Origin: Octopus vulgaris
Lineage: Eukaryota
DNA length: 64,000 nt
Direction of reading: 5' to 3'
Assembly (NCBI GenBank): GCA_951406725.2
Contig: OX597833.1
Location: 41,788,001-41,852,000, forward strand
This document shows, in pieces, positions 26,299-38,590 of the stretch. Under the pieces are notes generated by a model. That model made no database searches. It worked only from the letters and a program-made list of their open reading frames with translations, and was not told where the DNA came from. Position numbers and translations under genes: made by a program. How positions within the stretch are numbered: position 1 is the stretch's first letter; each line of letters opens with the position of its first letter.

Positions 26299-26735
26299 AA
26301 TTGCGAGATGCCTCCAATGCCTCCAAAGCGAACAACCAGCTTGATGCCAGGCGATGAATTTGGAAATGACTTGATATCAGAGAACGCTGATTCTAAAGGT
26401 ACCTCCAACTTTTTAACGACCAATGGTGACCTATCCCAAAGCTTGTCAGCTACCGACCACCTCACAAGTAACCATCTGTCTTCTTCAGTACCCTCAGAGA
26501 AGTCACAGTCGGACACTACCACCACTACTACAACTACTACTAACACTACAGTGTACAAAGAGAAAGAACATCCTAATGAGAGTGAGCCACAACAAAACAA
26601 CATCAGTGCCCAGTTATCATCATCATCATCATCACCACAAGCACCACTATCTCACAATGGTCAGACTGTTGAATACTTACTAAGTGTTGGCAGTTCAACA
26701 GACCCAGTAAATGTTGCTACAACAGGAGAGAGCGA
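26299..26735 (+). CDS. PTPN2: PTP1B/TC-PTP-family exon, proline-rich motif plus Ser/Thr-rich linker
   Basis: ctgtAG acceptor at 26297-26298, phase 0 start NCEMPPMPPKRTT (compare PTP1B PPPPRPPKR). GA|GTAAGT donor at 26736 is phase 2, matching the next exon. Confidence 0.85.
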
Positions 26736-26905
26736 GTAAGTTTTTTTCTTCTTCTGTATCGATAATTTTCTCTCTTTTATTTAATGATAGATATAAGGTT
26801 TCAGCTGGTTGTGGAGACCTGTAAAGGAACTGTCTGGAACAGGTTGGGTCTTTTGCACTGTTTGGGTGCAACACAATTTCCTTCTTTGTTTCCAAAAACT
26901 ACCGG

Positions 26906-27265
26906 TGTCAGGAACAAGAAAGCAACCGTAAAAATTATGACACTTTATTTCGTTATTTACATAAAGAAGGCACGTTAGTAAATTGGTAACCACTTGGTGT
27001 AGGTACAGCAAGACTGAAGTTAAACATTTGTAAAGATAAACCTCACAACAACTCCAGCAGCAACAGAGTCGGTCAAATCCCAAGCGTCTGGGACAGGAGA
27101 ATAGGCTGATAACACGTTAAACACGTCTTCTCTCTTCAGCGAACGCCATAGAATTCCCATTCCCAGTTTTTAGCGCATGTGCATTAGGGAACTTCCTTAG
27201 GCCTTTCCAGAAGGTTCCAGCCCCGCACACGCACACTGAAGAATGACGTCACTACAGACCTGACA
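26906..27265 (-). mobile_element. Probable solo LTR
   Basis: TGTCAGG...CCTGACA termini, 360 bp, more GC-rich than the flanks, AATAAA on the minus strand near 26945. No clean TSD. Confidence 0.55.
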
Positions 27266-27679
27266 CCTAAGACTTTTTTTTTAGGTATATCATAAGAATA
27301 CATTATTGAATGTGTCCTTATTCTGAAAATGTTGGAGTGTAAATTGTGAGATTTAGTTTCTATTACTTGCAGGGCAAACAACTATATACATGCTCATTAG
27401 TTTAGAATTAACATAATATAGGCGTAGGAGTGGCTGTGTGATAATTAGCTTGCTTACGAGCCACATGGTTCCAGGTTCCGCAGACCTTCGCCAAGCAGCT
27501 CGTTTTAAGATAGATACGCGAGTAAAATTACTAATAGAGAAACGAAAATAAACTTTGGAAGCAGCAACGCCACCATAGGTTACATAGAAACAGTGAATGT
27601 GTTTTCAAGCAAGATTATCAAAGAATGTAACATTGTAATACTTCATGTAAAATAAATATAACAAATGAAAAACCCTTCA

Positions 27680-27832
27680 AAAATCCATCATCTATTCCTT
27701 GTGTCATTACCAAAAATTCCTGTAAGTTTCATCAAATACCGTTCACAACTTTTTGAGTTATTTTGCACACAGACAGACAGACGGACAAACATACGCCAGT
27801 GAAAACATAACCTCCTTTGGCGGAGATAACAA
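27680..27832. mobile_element. HINE/Helentron-like terminal fragment
   Basis: aagtttcatcaaa...(ACAG)n...aaaacataacctcctttggcggag terminal hairpin, in the opposite orientation to the element at 24463. Confidence 0.55.
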
Positions 27833-28027
27833 TCACATCATTGAAATCTCGAACTTACGAGATAAGGCATGATTAATTCAAAACAATGTAAATAAATAAG
27901 CATTACATTTGACAGAATTATCTGAATGCTAAAGGATTAAAAAATGATTTATATATTTTAACCTATAAACATAAATAGTTTAAACTTAATAATTTGGATG
28001 ATTAAATAGTTATTTAAATTATTAAAT

Positions 28028-28212
28028 AGGCGTGGGCATGGCTGTGTGGTAAGAAGCTTACTTCCCAACCACATGGTTCCAGGATCAGTCCCACTGTGTG
28101 GCATCTTGAATTTTCTATAACCTTGGGCTAAGTGAAGCCTTGTGAGTGGATTTGGTAGATGGAAACTGAAAGAAGCCCATTGTGTGTGCATGTGTGTGTG
28201 TGTGTATGTATA

Positions 28213-28290
<78 letters not shown>

Positions 28291-28510
28291 TATGTCTTTG
28301 CATCTGTGTTTGTCCTCCACCCCCATCACCACTTGACAACTGATGTTGATGTGTTTATGTTCCTGTAACTTAGCAGTTTGGCAAAAGAGATTGCTAGAAT
28401 AAGTACCAAGCTTAAAAAATAAAAAAAGTACTGGGGCCAGTTCATTCTCCAAGGCGGGGTCCCAGCATGGTTGCAGTCTAATGACTAGAACAACTAAAAG
28501 ATAAAAGATA
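28028..28510 (+). mobile_element. SINE family A with internal (TG)/(TA)/(CA) tract
   Basis: Consensus head and tail. Confidence 0.85.
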
Positions 28511-28782
28511 AGTTTTATATCCAATTAACAAAGCAGCACAGTTGTCAAGTCTTTATATTTAGAATTTGAGTTTACATTCTTCAGATTTTTCATTTGTAAC
28601 TGTATTATTTCTGTGGAATTTCTAAGTACATTTTGGAGTGTGCCAATGTGATACAACACACTGTTTGGTAACCACTGCTTTATTTTATGAGTCCTACCAT
28701 AGCTTAGCTCCAGTTGATGCATAGCAGATGTGATTGTTCTTAAAAGAAAATTAAACTGAATTTTCTTTATTATCATTTTCAT

Positions 28783-29175
28783 TACTCTTTTACTTGTTTC
28801 AGTCATTTGACTGTGGCCATGCTGGAGCACCGCCTTTAATCGAGCAACTCGACCCCGGGACTTATTCTTTGTAAGCCCCGTACTTATTCTATCGGTCTTT
28901 TTTGCCAAACCGCTAAGTGACGGGGACGTATATATGTATTTATATGTATGTATGTATATGTTTGTGTGTCTGTGTTTGTCACCCCAACATCACTTGACAA
29001 CCAATGCTGGTGTGTTTACGTCCCTGTAATTTAGCGGTTCGGCAAAAGAGTCCGATAGAATAAGTACTAGGCTTACAAAGAATAAGTCCTGGGGTCGATT
29101 TGCTCGACTAAAAAGGTGGTGCTCCAGCATGGCCACAGTCAAATGAATGAAACAAGTAAAAGAGAGTAAAAGAGT
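28783..29175. mobile_element. Two SINE family A 3' halves in inverted orientation
   Basis: 28783-28930 is the reverse complement of about 29015-29170. Confidence 0.85.
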
Positions 29176-29309
29176 ATGGTCATATTTTATGTATATAATT
29201 GAGGCAGCCTTTTGTGTGGCTAGATTGAAATTACTCCAATGTATTTTTTTACTTCTTTAAAATGAAGAATCTCTATTGAACAATATGTATTTCTTATTCT
29301 TTCTTGCAG

Positions 29310-29520
29310 TGTTGATGGTTATGAGTATCGACGAAAGATTCGAGAAGAGCGTAAGAGAAATACTCAGAAACTAATTGAAGATATGAAACGAAAGCAGAGA
29401 GAGTGTGAGCTGATGCGGCAACGTAACCGATATTTGACACCTTTGTACATCGGTATTGTGTTAGCATTAGGTGGCAGTCTTCTGCTTTATCGTTACTACA
29501 ACAATGGAAACCAACAGTGA
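29310..29520 (+). CDS. PTPN2: PTP terminal coding exon: basic coiled/NLS-like segment and hydrophobic tail anchor
   Basis: ttgcAG acceptor at 29308-29309, phase 2. Encodes (D)VDGYEYRRKIREERKRNTQKLIEDMKRKQRECELMRQRNRYLTPLYIGIVLALGGSLLLYRYYNNGNQQ*, similar to the TC-PTP (TC48) C-terminus. Not in the ORF track. Confidence 0.92.
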
Positions 29521-29664
29521 CAGACTGGCTTGTCACAGTTTTCTCACTGGTTTTTTTTTTTAACCCCCACCGAATGTAACATTATTTTTCACTTGGTTGT
29601 AAGGAATATTTTGGGGAAATGAGAAAAGAATATATATAACTATCTTATGTTGATTTTTTTTTCA

Positions 29665-29701
29665 AATAAAACTTTAATAAAAATGAATGAAGAAAAATAA
29701 A
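29665..29701 (+). promoter_or_regulatory. Cluster of AATAAA polyadenylation signals (proximal 3' end candidate)
   Basis: AATAAA at 29665, 29676 and 29696, about 150 nt after the stop codon, followed by U-rich sequence. The sequence is AT-rich, so chance matches are possible. Confidence 0.4.
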
Positions 29702-29922
29702 AGAAAATGCATTTTTTTTTTCCCAGGAAAATAAATTTCCATTTCAAAAGAAAATTTTTTTTTTTCATTAAAAAAGGGCCCTATGGGTTTTCTAGGCAAG
29801 AAGGACCTATTTCCCCACTTTTGTAGGATATATTTTCAGAGGGAAAGCGAAAGAAACATGAAAATTTTAGATTTCAAGAGATTTATTTACAATTCACAAT
29901 TACTATTATTATTATTATTACT

Positions 29923-30520
29923 AAGGTGGCGAGCTGGCGGAATCATTAGCAGGCCAGACAAAATGCTTAGTTGCGTTTTGTCTGCTGTAGTTGACTTTGC
30001 GTTTTGTCCTTTCAGAGTTGATAAAATAAGTACCATTTGAGTACTGAGTTCGACGTAATCAACTTACGGCAGCGAGCTGGCAGAATCATTAACATGTTGG
30101 ACAAAATGCTTAGCAGCATTTTGTCCATCCACACATTCTGAGTTCAAATTCTGTCGAGGTCGACTTTACCTTTCATCCTTTCAAGGTTGATTAAATAAAT
30201 GCCAGTTAAGCCCTGGGGGTTGATGTAATCGACTTACCCCCTTTCCCCCCAAATTTGGCCTTGTGCCTATAATAGGAGGGATTATTTTTATTATTATTAT
30301 TAAGGTGGGGAGCTGGCAGAATCATTAGCATGCTGGATGAAGTGCTTAGCGATATTTCTCCCGTCGCTACATTTTGAGTTCAAATTCTGCCAAGGTCGAC
30401 TTTGCCTTTCATCCTTTCGGGGTTGATAAAATAAGTACTAGTTGAACATTGGGGTCAATGTAATCAACTCATCCCCTCTTCCAAAATTGCTGCCCTTGTG
30501 GCAAAATTTGAAATCATTAT
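29923..30520 (+). mobile_element. Three tandem SINE family B copies downstream of the PTP stop codon
   Basis: gagctggc(g/a)gaatcatta head repeated at about 29930, 30073 and 30310. Confidence 0.85.
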
Positions 30521-33500
30521 TATTATTATTATTATTAGTCTTTATTTTATTCCCATTATTCATTTTTTGTGTAGGTTTTATCCAAATATTTTAGTTTATT
30601 TTTTCTTTATTATTTGTTTCTTTCTTCCCTCTCACCCAGCTCATCTGCCTCTGTGATGACAATGTCATTTGCTGTCAGCGTCCTATATTTTGTGTTTAAT
30701 TAGAGCCTTGTTCAGTCTTCTCACTTGGGTTTAAATACAAGAAACTATCAACTATAATTTCCATCATATCCACAATGTTCTTTGGGTTTTATTTTGGGTA
30801 CTTTTTTTTCCTGGCTTCTTACCATAGAAACACTCTTTTGTGTTTAGTTTCTTTACATCTGTCAGACATATGGCACTAGTTGTGTTTTAGTTGCAGATTT
30901 ATTCGGCTCTGTTCTATTATTCTAATGATAATATTGCACTGATATCCAGTGATATTGTTCACATGTATTTTCATAGTTTTTTTTTTTTCTTCTTAAATTT
31001 TCATTTTTGTAATAATGAAAGAATGACAGCAGAAATATTATGAAAATAACATATATATTATTATTATTATTATTATTATTATATAGTTGGCTATAGAGCA
31101 TCAAGCTCTATTGCTCATTCATAAATTCATTTTCTATTCCATTTCCAACCACCTTTGAGGCCTTTATGTTCATAGTTACCTCCCCATTCAGTGTACAAAA
31201 TAATCAAATCCCCGCTTCCCATTCCACAAGATACCTACATTTTCTATAAAGATAAGGACAACGTTGTGACTAAGGAGGTATTTGCAACCCTATTGTGATA
31301 AAATTGGGTGTCATAAAGAAAAACAGCTATGATAAGTCCTTCCCATGCAATAGATGTATTTTCACAGGTGAAGTTATCGACACCTATCTCTTTCAACCTA
31401 ATTAATATTTTGGAAAGGCTACTTGCCCTCCTCATCTCTTCAGTTTTCTTTTCAGTGCAATCTTCAGTGAAGTCCTTTTGATTCTTTACTCCATCTTAAT
31501 ATTTTTAAATAATGAAATATCGTTTGTCATCTTACACTACTTGCACATGTCATTTAGTTGTCTTAGACTATAGATTATGCATTATACATATCAAAGCACC
31601 TTTCGGTCTTGATAGATCGACATTCCTTCAGTGCATTTCTCTTTGGACATATAAATCTTTGATTCCCCCCCTCTCTCTCTTTTTCCTCCTCCTCCTCTCT
31701 CAATCCTTTCTATTGTGTGTGGGAGTAATTAAATGAAAGAATTTAAAGTGTGTTTATTAAAACAAATAGATATCACTTCTAAAATGGTTGGCACCTTTTT
31801 AGAAATGTCTATATAATTTTATTATTATTATTAGGGGTGGATAGGGTGGGCGAGGGTATGTGATCAAATTAAAGAATGGCTAGTAATGGAATATTTTGCT
31901 GCTGCCACTAATATCATTGTGAAAGATTTCAAAAGAATTAATGGCAAATATATATATATATATATATGAAATTATACATCAGAACAGCCTCCTATTATTA
32001 ATATATGCCTTGTTGTTAGCTATCTCTTCCAGTATAATTTATTTACAGCTGTCTGTTACCATGACCAACATTGGCCAGATCAGACCAAAGCCGATTTGAA
32101 GCTACTCTGTTTCAATTGCAAAGAATTGCAGATATTAGGGCAAGGAATTGGTATCAAATCTTTGATTGGCTGTAACTATGATGCGAGTAGCATCACTTTA
32201 ATCAAACTTGTGACATCAGGCTGACAGGACTGAAAATGAAGAATTTTGGAATATATATGACCAAACCAGTGAAGTTGATGGATTTTGAGCATAGATGCCG
32301 GTGACTGTAAGAAGGCACCAGTATCTGTACTCAAAATCCATCAGATCAATACTGGATCAGTATAGCAGATAGGAAGTAATCTTCTAGAACATCTTTTGGT
32401 GAAAATCTTCAAATGTAGATACGTAGTTCATAGGAACAATTTTGCTACTGTTGAGAACAATTGAGTAGCCTAGTGCACTGAGGCACATAGTTCTTCATTA
32501 TTGCTTGATCTCTCTTGAATCATAAGCTGGCTAATGGCCTTACAAAGGCACTATGAGCTAAATATACATATTCTCTTATATGTTTCAGTCCAATGACTGT
32601 GGCCATGCTGGAGCACCACCATTGTAATCATCTTTCCACTTTCCACCTTTTTCGGAGCGGCTTCTGGTGAAGGATGGAGTTTGATGCTAACTGCCCTCTT
32701 TTGAGTCTCTTGCTTAGATATTGGCTCATCTGGGATCTCGGCGAGCCAGAGGTCAAGTTTACATTTGAAAATGTCTACATTTACTCCATGGAGGCTCCTT
32801 AGATGCTTTGGCAGACAGTCTGTTGCTTGATCTTGGACTGATCATTGTTTTAGGTTGGCAAGTAAATTGTGCAATCTGTTGGTAGGCAGTAAAGTGTTCA
32901 GTTGAAAAATAGGCAGGCAGGGCAAGCTTTAAGTATACGAATTTATTCATATCTTCCAGTTAAATGTTATTCATTTAAGACATATTTCTGTGGCCAACAT
33001 TTTGTTTTCAAGCCAAATTGATTTTCAGGCATGTGTTTATTTATTCAGCTGGGCCTGGAAATATGTATATGAGCAACTTGAAAAATATTATCTACAGCTT
33101 GGTTGTTCACTAGATAGTGGGGAGAGGGGTTGGATATTGTCATGCAACTCTTTTTAGCAACTAAAACAAATTTGACTAAAAAAAAAACAGTGGGCTTTAA
33201 AGGATTAGAAGAAACTTATTTGATAATTTTTTTAAAATTTGAAACATATTGTGGGTGGTAAGAGAAAGTTTATAAATGCCTGTTTTTTGGGTTGGGATGA
33301 CTGTGTGGCAGAATCTTTCTAAACATCTATGTTGGGATGGCATTGGTGGGTTGTATTGTATATATCAGAATATTTCTAAATACATTTGGGATAATGTGTA
33401 TGGTATTCCATTTCAGACTTTTTTTTCTGTAAATGTCTAAAAAAATTTATTGAAATATTTATATTTTAAACAAGAAAAAAAAAAATGACCACTTTGTCTT

Positions 33501-34311
33501 TATAACAGATTTACTGATACTTATGGGCATACATTGTGTGTATGTTAATTTTAATAGATCTGTTTATCTTACTAATATCCTCATACATGCATGCCTGTAT
33601 GCATCAGAATATTATTATTATTCATAAAGAAAATACAAACTCTGTAAAGAAAAGTTTCATGAAAACCTGACTAATACTTAGCACCATTTAATGTTGGTCT
33701 GGGTTCTCCAACAGAGGTATTTTCTTCATACTCTGCTGTAAAATCTATCACTGATTACCATATCTTTTCAGTTTTACATTGCAATAAACAAGGTTTTCAG
33801 AATACATAATACCTAGAGGACATTTCAAGCCACTTCACTGTTTATTCCTCTCTACAGAATGTAAATTTCTGAACCTTTTCAAACACTGTATTTATTTTAA
33901 CAAATGGAATCATAAATGAACTTTACAAGACCTGATGTGTTTGTTTGTTACTTGAGTCATATAAATGTTGTCACTGGGAGAGATTTGTGAACTAGGAATG
34001 ACTGAAATGATGGTTGCCAATCAAACCATCAAAAGGGCCTAGCTCATGTTTCTAAGAAAGGGGACAGCCTGTATTAACAAAGCTAGAAGCAGTGAGTAAG
34101 ACATTTAAAGATTGGAATTAGGATGCTGAGATACTGAAAGTTTCGGGATTAGTTAATGAATACACAAGTTACCTGACATTGAGTAGGAAAGTGCTAAATC
34201 TAAGACTAACAAGCACAACACCATCATCTATTGCTTTCTACAAAGATAAAGAAGAGATACAAGAGAAAGTTAAAGGCTCACACTCATAGAGTTAATATAT
34301 AATTATTTATT

Positions 34312-34610
34312 TATTTATGCGCCCTTTTCAAGCCTAGCCAGGCTCATGGGCCCAGATTCTATGGCGTATGTGTTTCCCCCAGCTGGACGGGACGCTAGTC
34401 CATCGCAGCGTCACTCAAGAAACAGGAAGAGAGAGTGAGAGAAAGTTGGGATGAAAGAGTACAATAGGGGTCACCATCGCCCCCTGCTGGAGCCTTGTGG
34501 AGCTTTAGGTGTTTTTGCTCAATAAACACACAGTTCTTGGTCTGGGAATCGAAACTGTAATCCTTTGACTTCGAGTCCGCTGCCCTAACCACTGGGCCAT
34601 TGCACCTCCA
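34312..34610 (-). mobile_element. tRNA-derived SINE family C, near full length
   Basis: Reverse complement of ggaggtgcaatggcccagtggttagggcagcggactc...gtttcgattcccagacc (A and B boxes). Partial plus-strand copies at 37233-37420 and 45965-46160. Confidence 0.85.
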
Positions 34611-36124
34611 TGTTAATATATAATAGCAGTAAAAATTGGAAAATGCATTCTGAATTTATGTCAGGGTGTGGAACCATTTCTACTATATTTCTGATGCATG
34701 TAAATTTGAAAAGCACCCATGCTAGTACCATGAAAACATTCTGTAAAAAAAAAAAAAAACATCTGTAAAGTGGTTGGTGTTAGGGAGGATATCCATCTAT
34801 AGAACCATGTCAAAACAGACAATTGGAGCCTGGTGCAGCTGACCAGCTCCTGTCCAACCCATGCCAGCATGGAAAATAGACATTAAATGATGATGATGAA
34901 AAACACCTGCAAGAAAAAATATTTGACTTAATAATTCTGAATTGTTCAGCAAGATGAAATCTTTGAGATCTTATACTGTAGGATGGTAAATTAGATGTGA
35001 ATATATATATGGCTTATGAAAGCTGTTCAGGCCATACAACAGTTATGAAAATTGACTGATAGATAGCAATAATTGCAGGATGTAATTTGATGTTAGAGGT
35101 AGATGTTGTTTCTCTTCAGAATTTGAAGGAATTGTAAAAGTATGCAAGTACATGCATGTAATGCATGATGCAAGGTAGTAAAAAGAAACTCAAACAGATG
35201 CAGATCAAGAATTCTTAGGACGAAATAGTTTGATCGGACCTTAGGTATCAATTGCTTTCTTAACCACCTTCTATGTTGTGCACATATGTCGTAAATCTTT
35301 TCTCTCTTTGAAGCTGTTTTGTTGTAAGCTCTAATTAAGCAGATCTGTGGACAAAAGTACAGTATCTAGGTAAAGTGTATCTTGGGACTACATTATTCAA
35401 TGTGCCTTTTTTTTTCAGATGGTAGGATGTGATTTGAAGTGGACTTCATTACAATTTCTAGCAGGTTGTGGCTTGAACCTTCAAGCTTATCTTTATTTTT
35501 TTTTGTTACTCACACCCAACTGGTTGAGACAAGGGATACATTTGCACCAACCATTTGGAACAGAAGCTGAAACATTTGAACAGCCTATGTCAAATAATCA
35601 ACTATATTTGGGTAACATCAAAGTTGTTCCTCAACATCATATCCTGGCATGAAATCATTTAATAAAATTTCTAAGGAAATGACTACTATTCCCGACAAAC
35701 TTTGCTTTTGTGACCTGGGCATCAATATTTTCAAACTGACCAGAAAGATTCAGTACTGAGTTACTGAAGCAGAAATATCGTTATAGCAAATATTGTAATC
35801 AATAGCATAGATTTGCTTGTCAGTTGCTTGACCTTAACCACTTGAACATGTCTCTTGGTGGCTGACAAAATGTGCATCTCTGTACATGAGCAAGTAGCCA
35901 TGTGCTGAGAAGGCTTCTTTGGGGTTTGAATAAATGTAACAAAAGCAAAAGTTTGAAGGAAATATTAGCCATTTTCTATACTTTCTGTGAGTAAGGAAAT
36001 CGGAAATAACAGTTGCTACCCAAGAACAAAAATCCTGTTGCACAGTGTTATATAGTAAATAACATTAAAAAAAAAATTATGTACCTTCAGTAGCTGAAGC
36101 TCTGTCTAAAAAGTATGTGTTGAT

Positions 36125-36516
36125 TCCGTGCCAACTGTTCTTGGCCGTTGCCAGCCTACCCTGGCACCTAAAAAGCACCATCCATATGTGGCTGATGCCA
36201 GCACCGCCTTGACTAGCTTCCGTGCCGGTGGCACGTAAAAAGCACCAACCGTTCGTGGCCATTGCCAGTCGCACCTAAAAAGCACCATCCGTACGTGGCT
36301 GATGCCAGTGCCGCCTTAACTAGCTTCAGTGCCGGTGGCACGTAAAAAGCACCTACTACACTCACTGAGTGATTGGCATTAGGAAGGGCATCCAGCTGTA
36401 GAAACACTGCCAGATCAGACTGGAGCCTGGTGCAGCCTCATGGCTTCCCAGACCCCGGTTGAACCATCCAACCCATGCTAGCATGGAAAGCGGACGTTAA
36501 ATGATGATGATGATGA
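36125..36516 (+). mobile_element. Non-autonomous retroelement with internal gtgccggtggcacgtaaaaagcacc repeats and a (TGA)n tail
   Basis: Same family as 47625-48053 (+), 52590-52905 (-) and 59943-60480 (-). Ends ccatgctagcatggaaagcggacgttaaatgatgatg. Confidence 0.8.
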
Positions 36517-38161
36517 TATGAAGAATGTGTTCCTAGAACTGTGTAAGATATTAAACAGAGTAATTATTTGTTACAATTCAAACAAAGGTTGTAAAAATGA
36601 TTCAGTGTGTGGACAGGTACAAACTTAGAAATTCTATGTTTTACTTTGTGTCAATGATGGAAAAGGGGGGCTGTCTGAAAGGCAAATGCAAGAAACACAT
36701 TTGAAGGGGACACTAAACCATAGAAAAAGGAGAACACACTGTAATAATAGATGGATCTTTTTTTTTTTTTCTAAACTTGGGGACAGCAGTTGACTTCTTT
36801 GCATCATTCATAGATACAAAGTTACACCCACACATTGCCACCACAATTAATAAACTCAGGGTAGGCATGTCTGTGTGTTTAAGAAGTTCAGTTCCCTAGC
36901 CTGGAGTTTTGAGTTCAGTCTTACTGCATGGTACCTTGAGCAAGTATCTTCTATAGCTGACCAAGTATTGTGAGTGGAAACTGAAAAAAATGCTCATTGT
37001 GTGTGTCTGAATGTTTTCATTTGTGCTCACTTATTTGAGTAGTGTTGTTGGGTCACTAAATTGTGGTATTTATTATTCAATGTGGAATAGAAGATACCTT
37101 ATTTGAAATCAGGTAAGGGTTAGAATACAGAATGGATGACAAAGGAAATGGTTCCAAGGAGAGAGATAGTTGGTAGCATAGAAGTAAGATGGAATATGCA
37201 TGCTTCAGCTATCATATGATTACAACAGCAGAGTGGAGGCGCAATGGCCCAGTGGTTAGGGCAGCGGACTCATGGTTGTAAGAGCGCGGTTTCGATTCCC
37301 AGACCGGGCATTGTGAGTGTTTATTGAGCAAAAACACCTAAGCTTCACGAGGCTCCGAGAGGGGGAGGGGCCCTGCTGTACTGTTTCACCACAACTTTCA
37401 CTCACTCTTTCTTCCTACTTCTGCCACAAAGCAGAGGAACCATGGTGTAACCCACTATGGTGTGGTAAACTTTCAGACCCTAGTCTAGATTGTGAATCCT
37501 CTGTACCCCAGGATGGTTCAGCTCTCCACCCATTAAAAGCCACCGTTTACGGAATGAGGATAACAACGTAGCTTTCGTGCCCATGCAACCGCCAGTGGTG
37601 GGTGGATCTTCAAGCTGCCACTCGCATTCTTAGTAGCTTAGAGTAGGCTCGTATTAGAGATTATTCTTTGTGGCTAATGGTATGAGTCCTGATTAGAAGA
37701 AGAAGACAACAGCAGAATAAATAATATTGTAGTTAGTGATGGAGAGCTAAGTATTTTGAAGATGAATTATGGAGAAGGTTCATCAGGGACAGGTTGGGTG
37801 AGAGGTCATAGATATAAACATACTTTTAGGACTTCATTTTTACTGAGAAGGACAAATTTTCTTCAACATAATGAATTGCCAATTACTTTAATCTGTAATC
37901 ATCTCCATGAGGTTCAAAATTCTGAGGTTGGTCTTCCCTACTTTGTCCCACATCTACCTGGATTTCCCTTTTCCACAGGTTTCACAGTATCCTTCATATT
38001 TTTCAAGACAACACGGTGTGATCTGAGAGACACAGCTACTATTTCTAGCTGGTCTAATGACCATGTAGACTCCCTTTATAGCTGGTTGAAGAATCCATTT
38101 TTAGTTCAGTGAATGACATTTCATTATTTTTTTTTATGTGGTTGCAGTTTAAAATATATGA

Positions 38162-38359
38162 TCAGCACTTCTTTATCCACATGTCCTCATCCATATACAT
38201 CACATGACTACACCTGCATGGTCTTCTCTCTTGTACACTACATCTGATGCCTCTTATGCCCAATTTATCTCTTAACACATCTGCTACAGCCTCGGGCTGA
38301 CCAAAGCCTTGTGAGTGGATTTGGTAGATGGAAACTGAAAGAAGCCCATCGTATATATG

Positions 38360-38402
<43 letters not shown>

Positions 38403-38590
38403 TTGTTCCCCCCAACATTGCTTGACAACCGATGCTGGTGTGTTTATGTCCCCCGTAACTTAGCGGTTCGGCAAAAGAGACCAATAGAATAAGTACTAGG
38501 CTTACAAAGAATAAGTCCTGGGGGTCGATTTGCTCGACTAAAGGCGGTGCTCCAGCATGGCCACAGTCAAATGACTGAAACAAGTAAAAA
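38162..38590. mobile_element. RTE-like LINE fragment (-) joined to a SINE family A copy (+)
   Basis: Minus strand reads LRDKLGIRGIRCSVQERR...HVMYMDED; SINE A consensus starts at about 38283. Confidence 0.75.

Noticed and set aside
34540-34610. tRNA gene (also similar heads at 37235, 45967 and 58130-58205)
   Set aside because: The tRNA-like A/B boxes continue into SINE bodies; these are SINE heads, not standalone tRNAs.
35419-35652. Possible downstream alternative PTP exon after tttttcAG
   Set aside because: The start resembles the reverse complement of a repeat seen at about 10790-10960 and 11650-11820, and the peptide has no recognisable feature.
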